Shown here in pieces: positions 1 to 8,432 of a DNA stretch of 64,000 nucleotides. Source of the DNA: an uncultured bacterium (GTDB lineage Bacteria > Babelota > Babeliae > Babelales > RVW-14). Below the pieces are notes generated by a model. That model was not told the DNA's origin and made no database searches. It was given only the letters and a program-made list of their open reading frames with translations. The DNA lies in assembly GCA_963759805.1 (NCBI GenBank), contig CAVXAT010000001.1:256001-320000 (forward strand), read 5' to 3'. Position 1 is the stretch's first letter; each line of letters begins with the position of its first letter. The translations under genes and the position numbers were made by a program.

Positions 1-1516
1 TGGCAAGGCCGTCTACAAACGTTCTATCATGTGAAACAAATAAAATAGTTCCGGGATACTGATTTAATGCTTTTAATAAAATCTCTTTTGTCTGAAGGTC
101 AAGGTGGTTAGTCGGTTCATCAAGAACCAGAAAGTTGGCATCCAGAAGTAGCGTTTTTACCATTGCTACTCGGTTTTTTTCTCCGCCGCTGAGCACCGAT
201 ATCCTCTTTTCAACATCATCGCCTGAGAACAGAAATGCACCAAGCAAACCGCGTACGTGTGATCGCATTTCCGACGTTGTGCATATGCTCTCCACCTCTT
301 CCAAAATTGTTCTATTTTTATCAAGCGTTAACTCTTGATCCTGTTCAAAAAAAGCCATCTCAACGTTGTGTCCAAACTTTAGCGTACCACCCTCCAGGGG
401 ATATTTCCCTGCAATTAAATTCAACAGGGTGGTTTTGCCCTTTCCATTTGCAGCTACCAGCGCTACTTTATCACCGCGCATAATATCAAACGAAACGTTT
501 GCGAATAACTCAGTAGAATCAAACGTTTTTTTTAGATTGCTAACTTTGAGTACGATATCACCCGAGCGTTTAATATTTGAAAAATTAAGTTTAATCGTAG
601 GAGGTTTGGGTTCAACTTGAATAAGCTCAATTTTTTCAAGAGCTTTGAGCATGCTTTGTGCCATGCTTGCCTTTGTGGCCTTGGCTTTAAAACGATTAAT
701 CGTCTCCATCGTCTTTTTAATATGTCTTTGTTGAGCTTCATACTGAGCCTGCAAAACTGCATCATCATTAGCCTTTTGCTCCAGATATTTTGTATAATTA
801 CCACGATAAATTTTTAAATTTCCTCGATCGATATCAAAAATATACTGGCAGAGGTGATCCAGAAAATAGCGATCGTGACTTATAAGAATAAAACCAAAAT
901 TGGCGTATTTTAAAAAATCCAAAAACCAGTCTTTTGCAACGATATCAAGGTGGTTTGTAGGCTCGTCAAGAAGATAGAAATCTGCTTTTTGTAGAAGTAA
1001 TTTTGCAAGTACAATTCGCATTTTCCAACCAACGCTGAGCTCGCTGACCGGCTTGCCAATTTTTTCTGATGGAAATCCAAGCATAGACAGCATCTTTTTT
1101 GTTTCAACTACGCACTGGTCAAAGTCGTGCTCAGATAACTCTTTTTGTAAAAAAGCAAAGCGTTCAAGTTTCTCAGGGGTGTGTGCCGATTCATGCTCAA
1201 ACTCAGAGTTGAGTAAATCAAATTCAAGCTTCAAATCTACTAAATTACCAAATGTTGTTAGTGTTTCTTCAATAACAGATCTATTGGAGACTAGGACGAC
1301 TTCTTGCGGGAAATAGGCAATTTTAACTCGTTTCTCAATCAGAATGGTTCCGCTGTCAATTCCTTGCTGTCTGCTCAAAACTTTGAGTAGTGTTGATTTT
1401 CCACTTCCATTTCTACCGACAAGCCCGATTCTTTGGTTTTTTTCAATAGAGAAAGAGAGATCTTTAAATAACTCACGTTGTCCAAATTCAAGGCAGATAT
1501 TAGAGGCTGTTATCAT
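1..1516 (-). CDS. ABC-F family ATPase (3' end runs off the window)
   Basis: Manual minus-strand translation from ATG 1516 (MITASNICLEFGQRELF) shows two ABC cassettes: GRNGSGKST, LSVGWKMR, LLDEPTNHLD, then AANGKGKTT, LSGGEKNR, VLDEPTNHLD. No TM segments. Absent from the ORF track because there is no stop in the window. Confidence 0.93.
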   Translation of the reverse strand, partial: MITASNICLEFGQRELFKDLSFSIEKNQRIGLVGRNGSGKSTLLKVLSRQQGIDSGTILIEKRVKIAYFPQEVVLVSNRSVIEETLTTFGNLVDLKLEFDLLNSEFEHESAHTPEKLERFAFLQKELSEHDFDQCVVETKKMLSMLGFPSEKIGKPVSELSVGWKMRIVLAKLLLQKADFYLLDEPTNHLDIVAKDWFLDFLKYANFGFILISHDRYFLDHLCQYIFDIDRGNLKIYRGNYTKYLEQKANDDAVLQAQYEAQQRHIKKTMETINRFKAKATKASMAQSMLKALEKIELIQVEPKPPTIKLNFSNIKRSGDIVLKVSNLKKTFDSTELFANVSFDIMRGDKVALVAANGKGKTTLLNLIAGKYPLEGGTLKFGHNVEMAFFEQDQELTLDKNRTILEEVESICTTSEMRSHVRGLLGAFLFSGDDVEKRISVLSGGEKNRVAMVKTLLLDANFLVLDEPTNHLDLQTKEILLKALNQYPGTILFVSHDRTFVDGLA

Positions 1517-2894
1517 CTTCAATTTTCCCGAAATTTCCGCGTAATTTTCTTATGTAAATTAGAGCAATTATTGCTGTTGCTACAAAAAATGAGGAGTAAA
1601 CCAGAGTGAATTTTATGATGATACTCTGAATTTGTGAATGGCTTATTAACCATGATACAGGAACAAAAAATAATAAACAGATGAGGAATCTTCCCCACAT
1701 GACGGTTTTAACATTTCCGGCTCCACGTAGAGCGCCGGCAAGTACGACCTGTAATCCGTCAAAGATGGCCATAAAATTTATGAATGGAAAAGCGATAACT
1801 GCAAAATTAGTAAATTTGTTTTTGGGGTCAAATAAATTTATAAAGTAATGAGACCCAATGGTTAAAATTATCAAAACGGGAATAAAGGTTAAGGCTGTTA
1901 CTATCAGTAATTTTTTAATGTTAGCAATTGCCCCATTAGTATCTTTTGCCCCAAGTCTGTTACTTACAAGAAATGTTATTATTTGAGCTGATGCCATGAC
2001 CGGTAAAAATGAAAACATACTTAAGCTTCTTATTACATTGTATGAAACAATGGCATATTTACCCATTGGGGTTATCATTGTCACAAGCCAGATGTGGGAC
2101 AGTGACATTGTGGTTTTATCAATAACGATTGGCCAACTCATTGATATTATTTGGATAATCTTTTTTATATCAAAAAATGACTTTAAAAAATTAGGGAAGT
2201 ATTTTCGGTAATTATTATTAAATAAAACGTAGAGTATGGCAATCAGACTCATTGCCGTGTACTGAATTATGCTTGCAATTGCTGATCCGGTTAAGCCGTA
2301 CGCGCAAAATCCGAATTTACCAAAAACTAGTGAATAATCAAAAAAGATGAATATTCCTATTCCCACGAGATTGAGTATCATCGGAATGTGTGTGTTTTTG
2401 ACAGCTCGCATGAATCCCATAAAAACCATTACGGAAAAGATAAGAACTATTCCCAACGATTTTAACTGCAAGAAGGGTATTCCAACATTTGTCATTTTGT
2501 CCGAAACCCCTAACCATCCAAAGATGCTTTTGGCTCCGAACAGTATTAGAATAAATTGCGAAATACCAAGAATAAAAGTGATCCAGAATGTGTTATAAAA
2601 GTATTCGCCGCATTTGTGAAAATCGCCACTTCCATTGAATCGCCCAATAAAGGCTATTGAGGCAACCGGAACGGCTTCTGCAAGTTTTGTCAGCGTTATC
2701 AGGATGTTGGTTGCCATTCCTAGGGCCCCAAATGTGGTTACAGACCTAAGGTTGGCAATAATGAAAGAGTCGATAATGGAGGGTACAACAAGCAAAATCG
2801 AGATGGAGACTATCTCCGGAAGCCAGTACAGAATGATATCTTTGTATGAGTCGCCTTTATAGAAGTCGCCCTTAATTGTATTCATAAGTCCCAA
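1500..2894 (-). CDS. MATE family efflux transporter
   Basis: 464 aa, about 12 TM segments, MATE motifs (GFMRAVKNTHIPM, GLTGSAIASII, GALRGAGNVK). Confidence 0.88.
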   Translation of the reverse strand: MGLMNTIKGDFYKGDSYKDIILYWLPEIVSISILLVVPSIIDSFIIANLRSVTTFGALGMATNILITLTKLAEAVPVASIAFIGRFNGSGDFHKCGEYFYNTFWITFILGISQFILILFGAKSIFGWLGVSDKMTNVGIPFLQLKSLGIVLIFSVMVFMGFMRAVKNTHIPMILNLVGIGIFIFFDYSLVFGKFGFCAYGLTGSAIASIIQYTAMSLIAILYVLFNNNYRKYFPNFLKSFFDIKKIIQIISMSWPIVIDKTTMSLSHIWLVTMITPMGKYAIVSYNVIRSLSMFSFLPVMASAQIITFLVSNRLGAKDTNGAIANIKKLLIVTALTFIPVLIILTIGSHYFINLFDPKNKFTNFAVIAFPFINFMAIFDGLQVVLAGALRGAGNVKTVMWGRFLICLLFFVPVSWLISHSQIQSIIIKFTLVYSSFFVATAIIALIYIRKLRGNFGKIEDDNSL

Positions 2895-2974
2895 GTACCC
2901 CCAATTTAATGCCGGTTTTAATGACGATCTTTAATCATAGCATCAATATTTACAAAGGAAAAGGCTTTTGTCCG

Positions 2975-4036
2975 CTATTTTTCGATTTTTACAACCCCAT
3001 GATCATCTTTGATCTCTAATTTGGTCCCAAATTCAGCGCTCAATTTTTTCATATGGTTTAGAATTTTCTGAGCCAAATCGTTTTTGGCTAAATTTACCTG
3101 CATTTCGGAAATATAAACAGGAATTAGCTCGATTCTCTGGATTCCATCTTTTGTTATTTTTGCCTGAAATAAAAAAGAGTGATCATTGTGTTGATCCGGA
3201 TAAATCATGTAATCATCAATAAAATCTCCGGCGCTGTATATAATTACTTTGCCGTTATAAACTTCAATCCCATGGAATAGATGTGCGCTGTGGCCGTGAA
3301 TTAAATCTGCACCGCAGTCAATTATTTTATGTGCAAACTCAACCATATTTTTTTCCGGGCGTTCAATTTTGTTTGGGCCCCAATGTATTGAAACGATTAA
3401 GACGTCAACCTGGTTGCGTACTGATTTTATGTCGTGTTCTAATTTTTCAATTTGTCCGATTCTGGCATAATTTATGCCGGCTTTTTCGGAAGTTGCTGCC
3501 CAGTCCGGTTCATTGTCCGTGTATCCAATTACACCTACTTTTATTCCATTTTTCTCAAGAATTTGAATTTTGCGAGCTTGGTTAATATCTTGTCCTGCTC
3601 CGACATGCTTGATTTTTTTACTATCAAGTACTTGAGTTGTCTCCAGGAAACCTTCTTCGTTAAAATCAAGAATGTGGTTGTTTGCAATATTTACAAGACT
3701 GATATTTGCTTCAACTAAAGTCTGAACGTTATCCGGATCAAGTTTGAAATTAAAGACTTTAAAAACACGCTTTTCGCTTTTGGTTATTGTTGTTTCAAGA
3801 TTGATAATATTAAAATCATTTTTCTTTAATAGTGGAAGAATATCTCCCCAAGGATGTGCATATCCATGAGTGGTAATTGACTGATTTACTAGTCGTCCAA
3901 GCATGACATCGCCCGTCAGGCCTATGACGATAGATTTCTGTTCATGTAGTCTGTTGAGAATAAGATATGCGCTGGCAATAAGAAATGTTCCCCAGAACAG
4001 TAATTTGCTTTTTTTCATAAACTGACCTTTTTTCAT
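2975..4036 (-). CDS. CapA/PgsA-family metallophosphatase with N-terminal membrane anchor
   Basis: GDVMLGR, INLE, ANNHILDF, SIHWG and GHSAH motifs. Confidence 0.9.
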   Translation of the reverse strand: MKKGQFMKKSKLLFWGTFLIASAYLILNRLHEQKSIVIGLTGDVMLGRLVNQSITTHGYAHPWGDILPLLKKNDFNIINLETTITKSEKRVFKVFNFKLDPDNVQTLVEANISLVNIANNHILDFNEEGFLETTQVLDSKKIKHVGAGQDINQARKIQILEKNGIKVGVIGYTDNEPDWAATSEKAGINYARIGQIEKLEHDIKSVRNQVDVLIVSIHWGPNKIERPEKNMVEFAHKIIDCGADLIHGHSAHLFHGIEVYNGKVIIYSAGDFIDDYMIYPDQHNDHSFLFQAKITKDGIQRIELIPVYISEMQVNLAKNDLAQKILNHMKKLSAEFGTKLEIKDDHGVVKIEK

Positions 4037-4199
4037 AAACTAACCCTTGTAAATTTAAATTAACCCCTGTGAATTATTGCTACAGTTAAAGATTTTTTGC
4101 TAAACAGGTTTGTTTTTGCTAACATTCTTTAGCTTAGCCTTTAGCTTAGCATGAAAATATTGTTTTAAAATACTGTTTTAAAAATTGAAGGGGCCACTA

Positions 4200-4751
4200 A
4201 TGGCAAGTTTTAACCGTGTTATTATGATGGGCAATTTGACAAGAGATCCTGAGTATAAACAACTTTCTTCCGGGCAAGCTGTTTGTCGTTTGGGATTGGC
4301 ATCAAATCGTCAGTTTAAAAATAAACAGACAGGAGCGATGGTTCAAGAGGTCTGTTTTGTCGATGTTGATGTATGGGGTCCTCAGGCTGAAGTTTGCAAG
4401 CAGTATCTGCAAAAGGGGCGTCCGGTTTTGATTGAGGGTCGGTTGAAACTTGATACCTGGCAGGATCAAGAAGGGGCCAAACGCAGCAAGCATTCAATTG
4501 TTGCGGATAGAGTAACATTTTTGGGCGGAGCATCAGCTCAGGAATCTGACGAGACGGATTTTAATGTTGCTGCAACTGATCCGATTACTCCTGCAAAATC
4601 TGAAGCTAAACCTGAAGCTGAATCTAAGCCTGAAGCCGAAAATGAAAAAAAGCCTAGCACTAGAAAAGCTAAGACTATTTCGTCTGAGGCTTCGACCGGA
4701 GAGGTTGCACTCAAGGACGAGGCGCCATTCGAGAATGATTTGCCATTTTGA
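4200..4751 (+). CDS. ssb: Single-stranded DNA-binding protein
   Basis: MASFNRVIMMGNLTRDPE OB-fold start and acidic tail ending NDLPF; ATG at 4200. Confidence 0.97.
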   Translation: MASFNRVIMMGNLTRDPEYKQLSSGQAVCRLGLASNRQFKNKQTGAMVQEVCFVDVDVWGPQAEVCKQYLQKGRPVLIEGRLKLDTWQDQEGAKRSKHSIVADRVTFLGGASAQESDETDFNVAATDPITPAKSEAKPEAESKPEAENEKKPSTRKAKTISSEASTGEVALKDEAPFENDLPF

Positions 4752-4753
4752 TT

Positions 4754-4816
4754 AGTTAGCTTATTGATTTTAAATTAATTTACGCCGGAGGAAGTAGTAA
4801 AAGCCTTGGCGTTTTC
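4754..4816 (+). terminator. 3' element/terminator, copy 1 (weakened stem)
   Basis: AGTTAGCTTATTGATTTTAAATTAATTTACGCCGGAGGA...CCTTGGCGTTTT; near-identical to 7106-7168. Confidence 0.65.
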
Positions 4817-4841
4817 TTTCTTAATTTTGTTTGGGAGCATT

Positions 4842-7094
4842 ATGAATATTTATTTTAGAAAAAACAGAGCATTGATTTCAAAAGTATTGCTGATAATTTT
4901 TGGTGCGAATTTTGGATTATCTTTTTTAGCCGCTGAGACGCAAGCATCTGGGGTACAAACATCCAGCGGGGTACAGACATCAAGCGCTGTGGATAATCGA
5001 CAAACCGTTTATTCGAAAATTTCGGATATGCATATGCCTTCTGTAAAAATGGAGGATTCTAAAGAGCAATCTGAAATGAAAAAAAAACAGGAGGAGAACG
5101 ATAAAGCTTATAATGAGATGCTGACCAATGCAAAGTTTAAAGAGATTAAAATTCCTGCAGTTGGGGATATTGAAAAGCTAAGATTGATATATCAGCTTTT
5201 TCATGGGCGCAGTTTGCAGCTCAATGATGTTATTGGTTGTAGTCGTCCGGTTCTTAATGACAATGTTTTTACCGATTTGCAGATCTACTGTGGTTCGATG
5301 ACCGATTTAAAGCACCATGTTTTTGGGGTTATTGATAATACAGTTACAAGTTTTGGTAAAGTTGAGTTACAACGCTTTTTATATCAAAGGTCTGATTCTG
5401 TTGAACAACTTAAATATGAAATTAAGAATAGGCAGGATATTGTAAAATACCTGGTTGAAAATCCATTTTTGTGCGACAAAATTGAAAAGCAGCTTAAAAT
5501 TGTTAAGCAGGGTGAGACGGATATGCTCTGGTTTTGGAAGGCGTTGGAATTTTCAATCCAAAAATATACTGAGCAGTATTATTTTAAGGGATTTTTGTCC
5601 GGATTAAATGAATCCACAGGGCCTCTTGAACTCCAATCTCTTATGACTACAGTTGTTGCTCCTGCAGACGTAGCTCTTATGGATGCTTTTATGGTAGGAG
5701 TTGGCGCAATTGTGTTGTATAAAGCTTCAAGAGTAGAAAACCTTTGGGCTATGGGTGGGGCAGTTGCCTACTCTGGCCTTTTACTTTTTGGCTCTTATAT
5801 GATGACAAGTATGATTCTTGGATTGGTTCAAACTTTCAATGGCATAACAAATGATATTCAGGATAAGCTGGCAAGTACGGCAAGAATAACGCAAGCTTCT
5901 GCAGCGCTTGCAAAAATTCTAGCTTCTGATGCCAAAATGCCAGTGCTTTGGGATAATTTCAAGAAACTGCAAACAAGTGCGATGCAGGCTCAAGATGGTC
6001 GTGATTTACAAGATCTGTTAAAAAAATTACAGGCAGGAACATTTAAAAGCGAACCTTCATATTTTTCGAACAAAGGGCGAGTGCTGGCGACTTGTAAAAA
6101 GATGTTGCGCTTGAAAGACAATTTTATCAATTCGATTAAGGCCATCGGCGAACTTGATGCATATCTCTCGATTGCAAAGCTCTATTTAAAACATGTAAAC
6201 AATTCTAATGCAAAATACTGCTTTCCTGAAATTATTGAATCAGACAGGCCGTATGTTAATGTAAGCAGAATGTGGCATCCATTTCTTAATCCTGACAAAG
6301 TTGTTACTAATGATATTGAACTTGGACAGGATCAGGCTCAACGAGACTCGTCTCAAAATGTTATTTTGACAGGTCCGAATGCTGCGGGTAAATCAACATT
6401 CTTAAAGGCTTTCACAGTCTCATTAATTTTGGCACAGTCTTTTGGTATAGCTCCTGCCAGTGCAATGAGATTTACCCCATTCATTAAAATCAATACTTAT
6501 TTAAATATATCAGATGAAGAGGGTAGGGAGTCGTTGTTTCAGGCCGAAATGCGACGAGCTCAAGAGCTACTTCGTTCAATCAAGGGGTTGAAAAAAGGTG
6601 AATTTAGCTTTGTTATTATGGATGAAATTTTCACTGGCACAAATCCAAAAGAAGGAACTGCGGGTGCATATGGGGTGGCAAAGAGCGTGTCTAAATATCT
6701 ACAATCAATCTGTATTGTTGCAACACACTTCAAGAAACTTACAGAACTTGAAGAGGATACGAATGGAAGATTTAAGAATTACAAAGTCTATGTAAATAAA
6801 TCTGATACGGGTGATATTGATTATCCTTATAAAGTTGTGCCTGGAATTTCAGATCAAACAATAGCGTTACTGTTATTGGAGAAACAGGGCTTTGATCGAG
6901 AGATTTTGGATGAGGCTTATAAAGCGTTTAATGATGATGAATATGTTCTTGATAGCGTGAAGGGTGAACCTGCTAAACTGGTTCGTGTAGTTGATTTAGG
7001 GGCTGAAGCTGGTGAATATGTTCTTGATAGCGTGAAGGGTGAACCTGCCAAATTGGTTCGTGTAGTTGATTTAGGGGCTGAAGCTGCAGCGTGA
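4842..7094 (+). CDS. MutS-related ATPase (domain V without mismatch-binding domain), with signal peptide, TM hairpin and duplicated C-terminal peptide
   Basis: LTGPNAAGKST, SLFQAEMRR, MDEIFTGT and ATHF motifs; hydrophobic N-terminus and central TM segments; GGGAG RBS before ATG 4842. Confidence 0.88.
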   Translation: MNIYFRKNRALISKVLLIIFGANFGLSFLAAETQASGVQTSSGVQTSSAVDNRQTVYSKISDMHMPSVKMEDSKEQSEMKKKQEENDKAYNEMLTNAKFKEIKIPAVGDIEKLRLIYQLFHGRSLQLNDVIGCSRPVLNDNVFTDLQIYCGSMTDLKHHVFGVIDNTVTSFGKVELQRFLYQRSDSVEQLKYEIKNRQDIVKYLVENPFLCDKIEKQLKIVKQGETDMLWFWKALEFSIQKYTEQYYFKGFLSGLNESTGPLELQSLMTTVVAPADVALMDAFMVGVGAIVLYKASRVENLWAMGGAVAYSGLLLFGSYMMTSMILGLVQTFNGITNDIQDKLASTARITQASAALAKILASDAKMPVLWDNFKKLQTSAMQAQDGRDLQDLLKKLQAGTFKSEPSYFSNKGRVLATCKKMLRLKDNFINSIKAIGELDAYLSIAKLYLKHVNNSNAKYCFPEIIESDRPYVNVSRMWHPFLNPDKVVTNDIELGQDQAQRDSSQNVILTGPNAAGKSTFLKAFTVSLILAQSFGIAPASAMRFTPFIKINTYLNISDEEGRESLFQAEMRRAQELLRSIKGLKKGEFSFVIMDEIFTGTNPKEGTAGAYGVAKSVSKYLQSICIVATHFKKLTELEEDTNGRFKNYKVYVNKSDTGDIDYPYKVVPGISDQTIALLLLEKQGFDREILDEAYKAFNDDEYVLDSVKGEPAKLVRVVDLGAEAGEYVLDSVKGEPAKLVRVVDLGAEAAA
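6939..7088 (+). repeat. Two tandem 75-bp units encoding EYVLDSVKGEPAKLVRVVDLGAEA; third copy at 10011-10091
   Basis: Units start at 6939 and 7014; internal differences are synonymous. Confidence 0.95.
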
Positions 7095-7105
7095 TAGATA
7101 ATAAA

Positions 7106-7168
7106 AGTTAGCTTATTGATTTTAAATTAATTTACGCCGGAGGAGTTAGTAAAATCCTCCGGCATTTT
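7106..7168 (+). terminator. 3' element/terminator, copy 2
   Basis: Stem GCCGGAGGA/TCCTCCGGC followed by T-rich sequence. Confidence 0.8.
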
Positions 7169-7210
7169 AATTGGTTTTTTTATTGCGAGCTTTTTTGTAA
7201 TAGGTGTGTG

Positions 7211-8428
7211 ATGAGAAATACTTTTGAGCGTTGGTTTTTTAGATTAGCGTTGCTGTCTTTTTTATTACTAAATTCTTTGTGCTTAAACGGCATGGCTTCG
7301 AGTGCTGGTACTGAGCAGCAACAAATCCCAGCAGACCAAAAAGAAGAGTTATCTGAGCTCAATAAAGAGTTTGGGACTGTAGCTGCTGAGTTTGACAAAG
7401 AGCTTCCAGCATTACAGTCATTAAGAGAAGAGTTTAGTAAATTTTTAGATGATGTAGATTTGAATGATTCTGGATGGTTTAAGGATTTTAGAAACAAAGT
7501 ATTGTATGAATTGCCGACAGAAGGCTCTTTTACTATGGGCATTTATGGTGAAGATGTTTTACATTTACTGTTTTTAATTGCATATGTCTTTGTTGATAAG
7601 ATTTTTTTTGATAATGTGAAAAAGTATTATTTCCAAATGGTTTCTAGTAATTTCAAAGAAAAACGAGAATTGTTGCGATCTTGTTATAATGAAATTTCCG
7701 GCTTGGAGACAAAGAAATTCTTAGAAAATTCAAAATTAAAACAAAAATTCATAAAAGATTGTTGTTCTAGTTTGAATATCGATCGAGGCCTTGATTATAG
7801 GCTGTTCTCTAACATTTTTATTAATCTGTTTTTTAAAGAGATAGTTAAGTTCTTTGAACATCAGGTATTTCCCTTCGGCAATACAGGATTCTTTGCACTT
7901 TTAAGAAAGGAAAAAAAGAATGCGGAACGCCATGTTGTTTCTCTTTATCCGTTTATTGAATTCTATTTGAAGCCGTATTTTTTTGGAATAACTCCGTTTG
8001 TAGAAGATAAAATGCCTGTGGTGAGGGGCTTTTTGCTTCGACTGGTTGGATGGGATTATAAAATTTTATCGTCGTATGGTTTTGATTTGTGCAAACGAAC
8101 TATGGTTTTAGGGATATTTTTGAAGAGATTAACCGTGTGGTATCAAAACTTATTTAAAGTCTATCTTGATAAAAATATGGAACTATTTTTAAAGATTTTA
8201 TCAGATTTAAATGCGACAAGTGCAACGGATGATGAGCATTTCAAGGCAGCGGAAACAGAACTTAAGGATTTTATTACAAAGGGCTTTGAGTGCTCTTTTA
8301 AAACATGGTTTGATTATAAAAATAGCTGCTGTGCTAACTTTGGTCTGCTATTTGAAACGGTGCTATTATTGCCGGCTATTTGTAAGGGTGGAAAATTAAT
8401 TTACGATAATTATGCTGCGAAAGGTTAA
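7211..8428 (+). CDS. Hypothetical membrane/exported protein
   Basis: About 405-aa ORF with signal-like N-terminus (LALLSFLLLNSLCLNG), a coiled coil and hydrophobic stretches; closely coupled to the next gene. Confidence 0.75.
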   Translation: MRNTFERWFFRLALLSFLLLNSLCLNGMASSAGTEQQQIPADQKEELSELNKEFGTVAAEFDKELPALQSLREEFSKFLDDVDLNDSGWFKDFRNKVLYELPTEGSFTMGIYGEDVLHLLFLIAYVFVDKIFFDNVKKYYFQMVSSNFKEKRELLRSCYNEISGLETKKFLENSKLKQKFIKDCCSSLNIDRGLDYRLFSNIFINLFFKEIVKFFEHQVFPFGNTGFFALLRKEKKNAERHVVSLYPFIEFYLKPYFFGITPFVEDKMPVVRGFLLRLVGWDYKILSSYGFDLCKRTMVLGIFLKRLTVWYQNLFKVYLDKNMELFLKILSDLNATSATDDEHFKAAETELKDFITKGFECSFKTWFDYKNSCCANFGLLFETVLLLPAICKGGKLIYDNYAAKG

Positions 8429-8432
8429 GTAT

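Noticed and set aside
135..1544. Short ORFs overlapping the ABC-F gene, and similar shadow ORFs across the window
   Set aside because: Antisense or off-frame shadows of well-supported genes.
6939..7168. A tmRNA gene or CRISPR array
   Set aside because: No tRNA-like ends or spacers; the repeats are coding and in frame.
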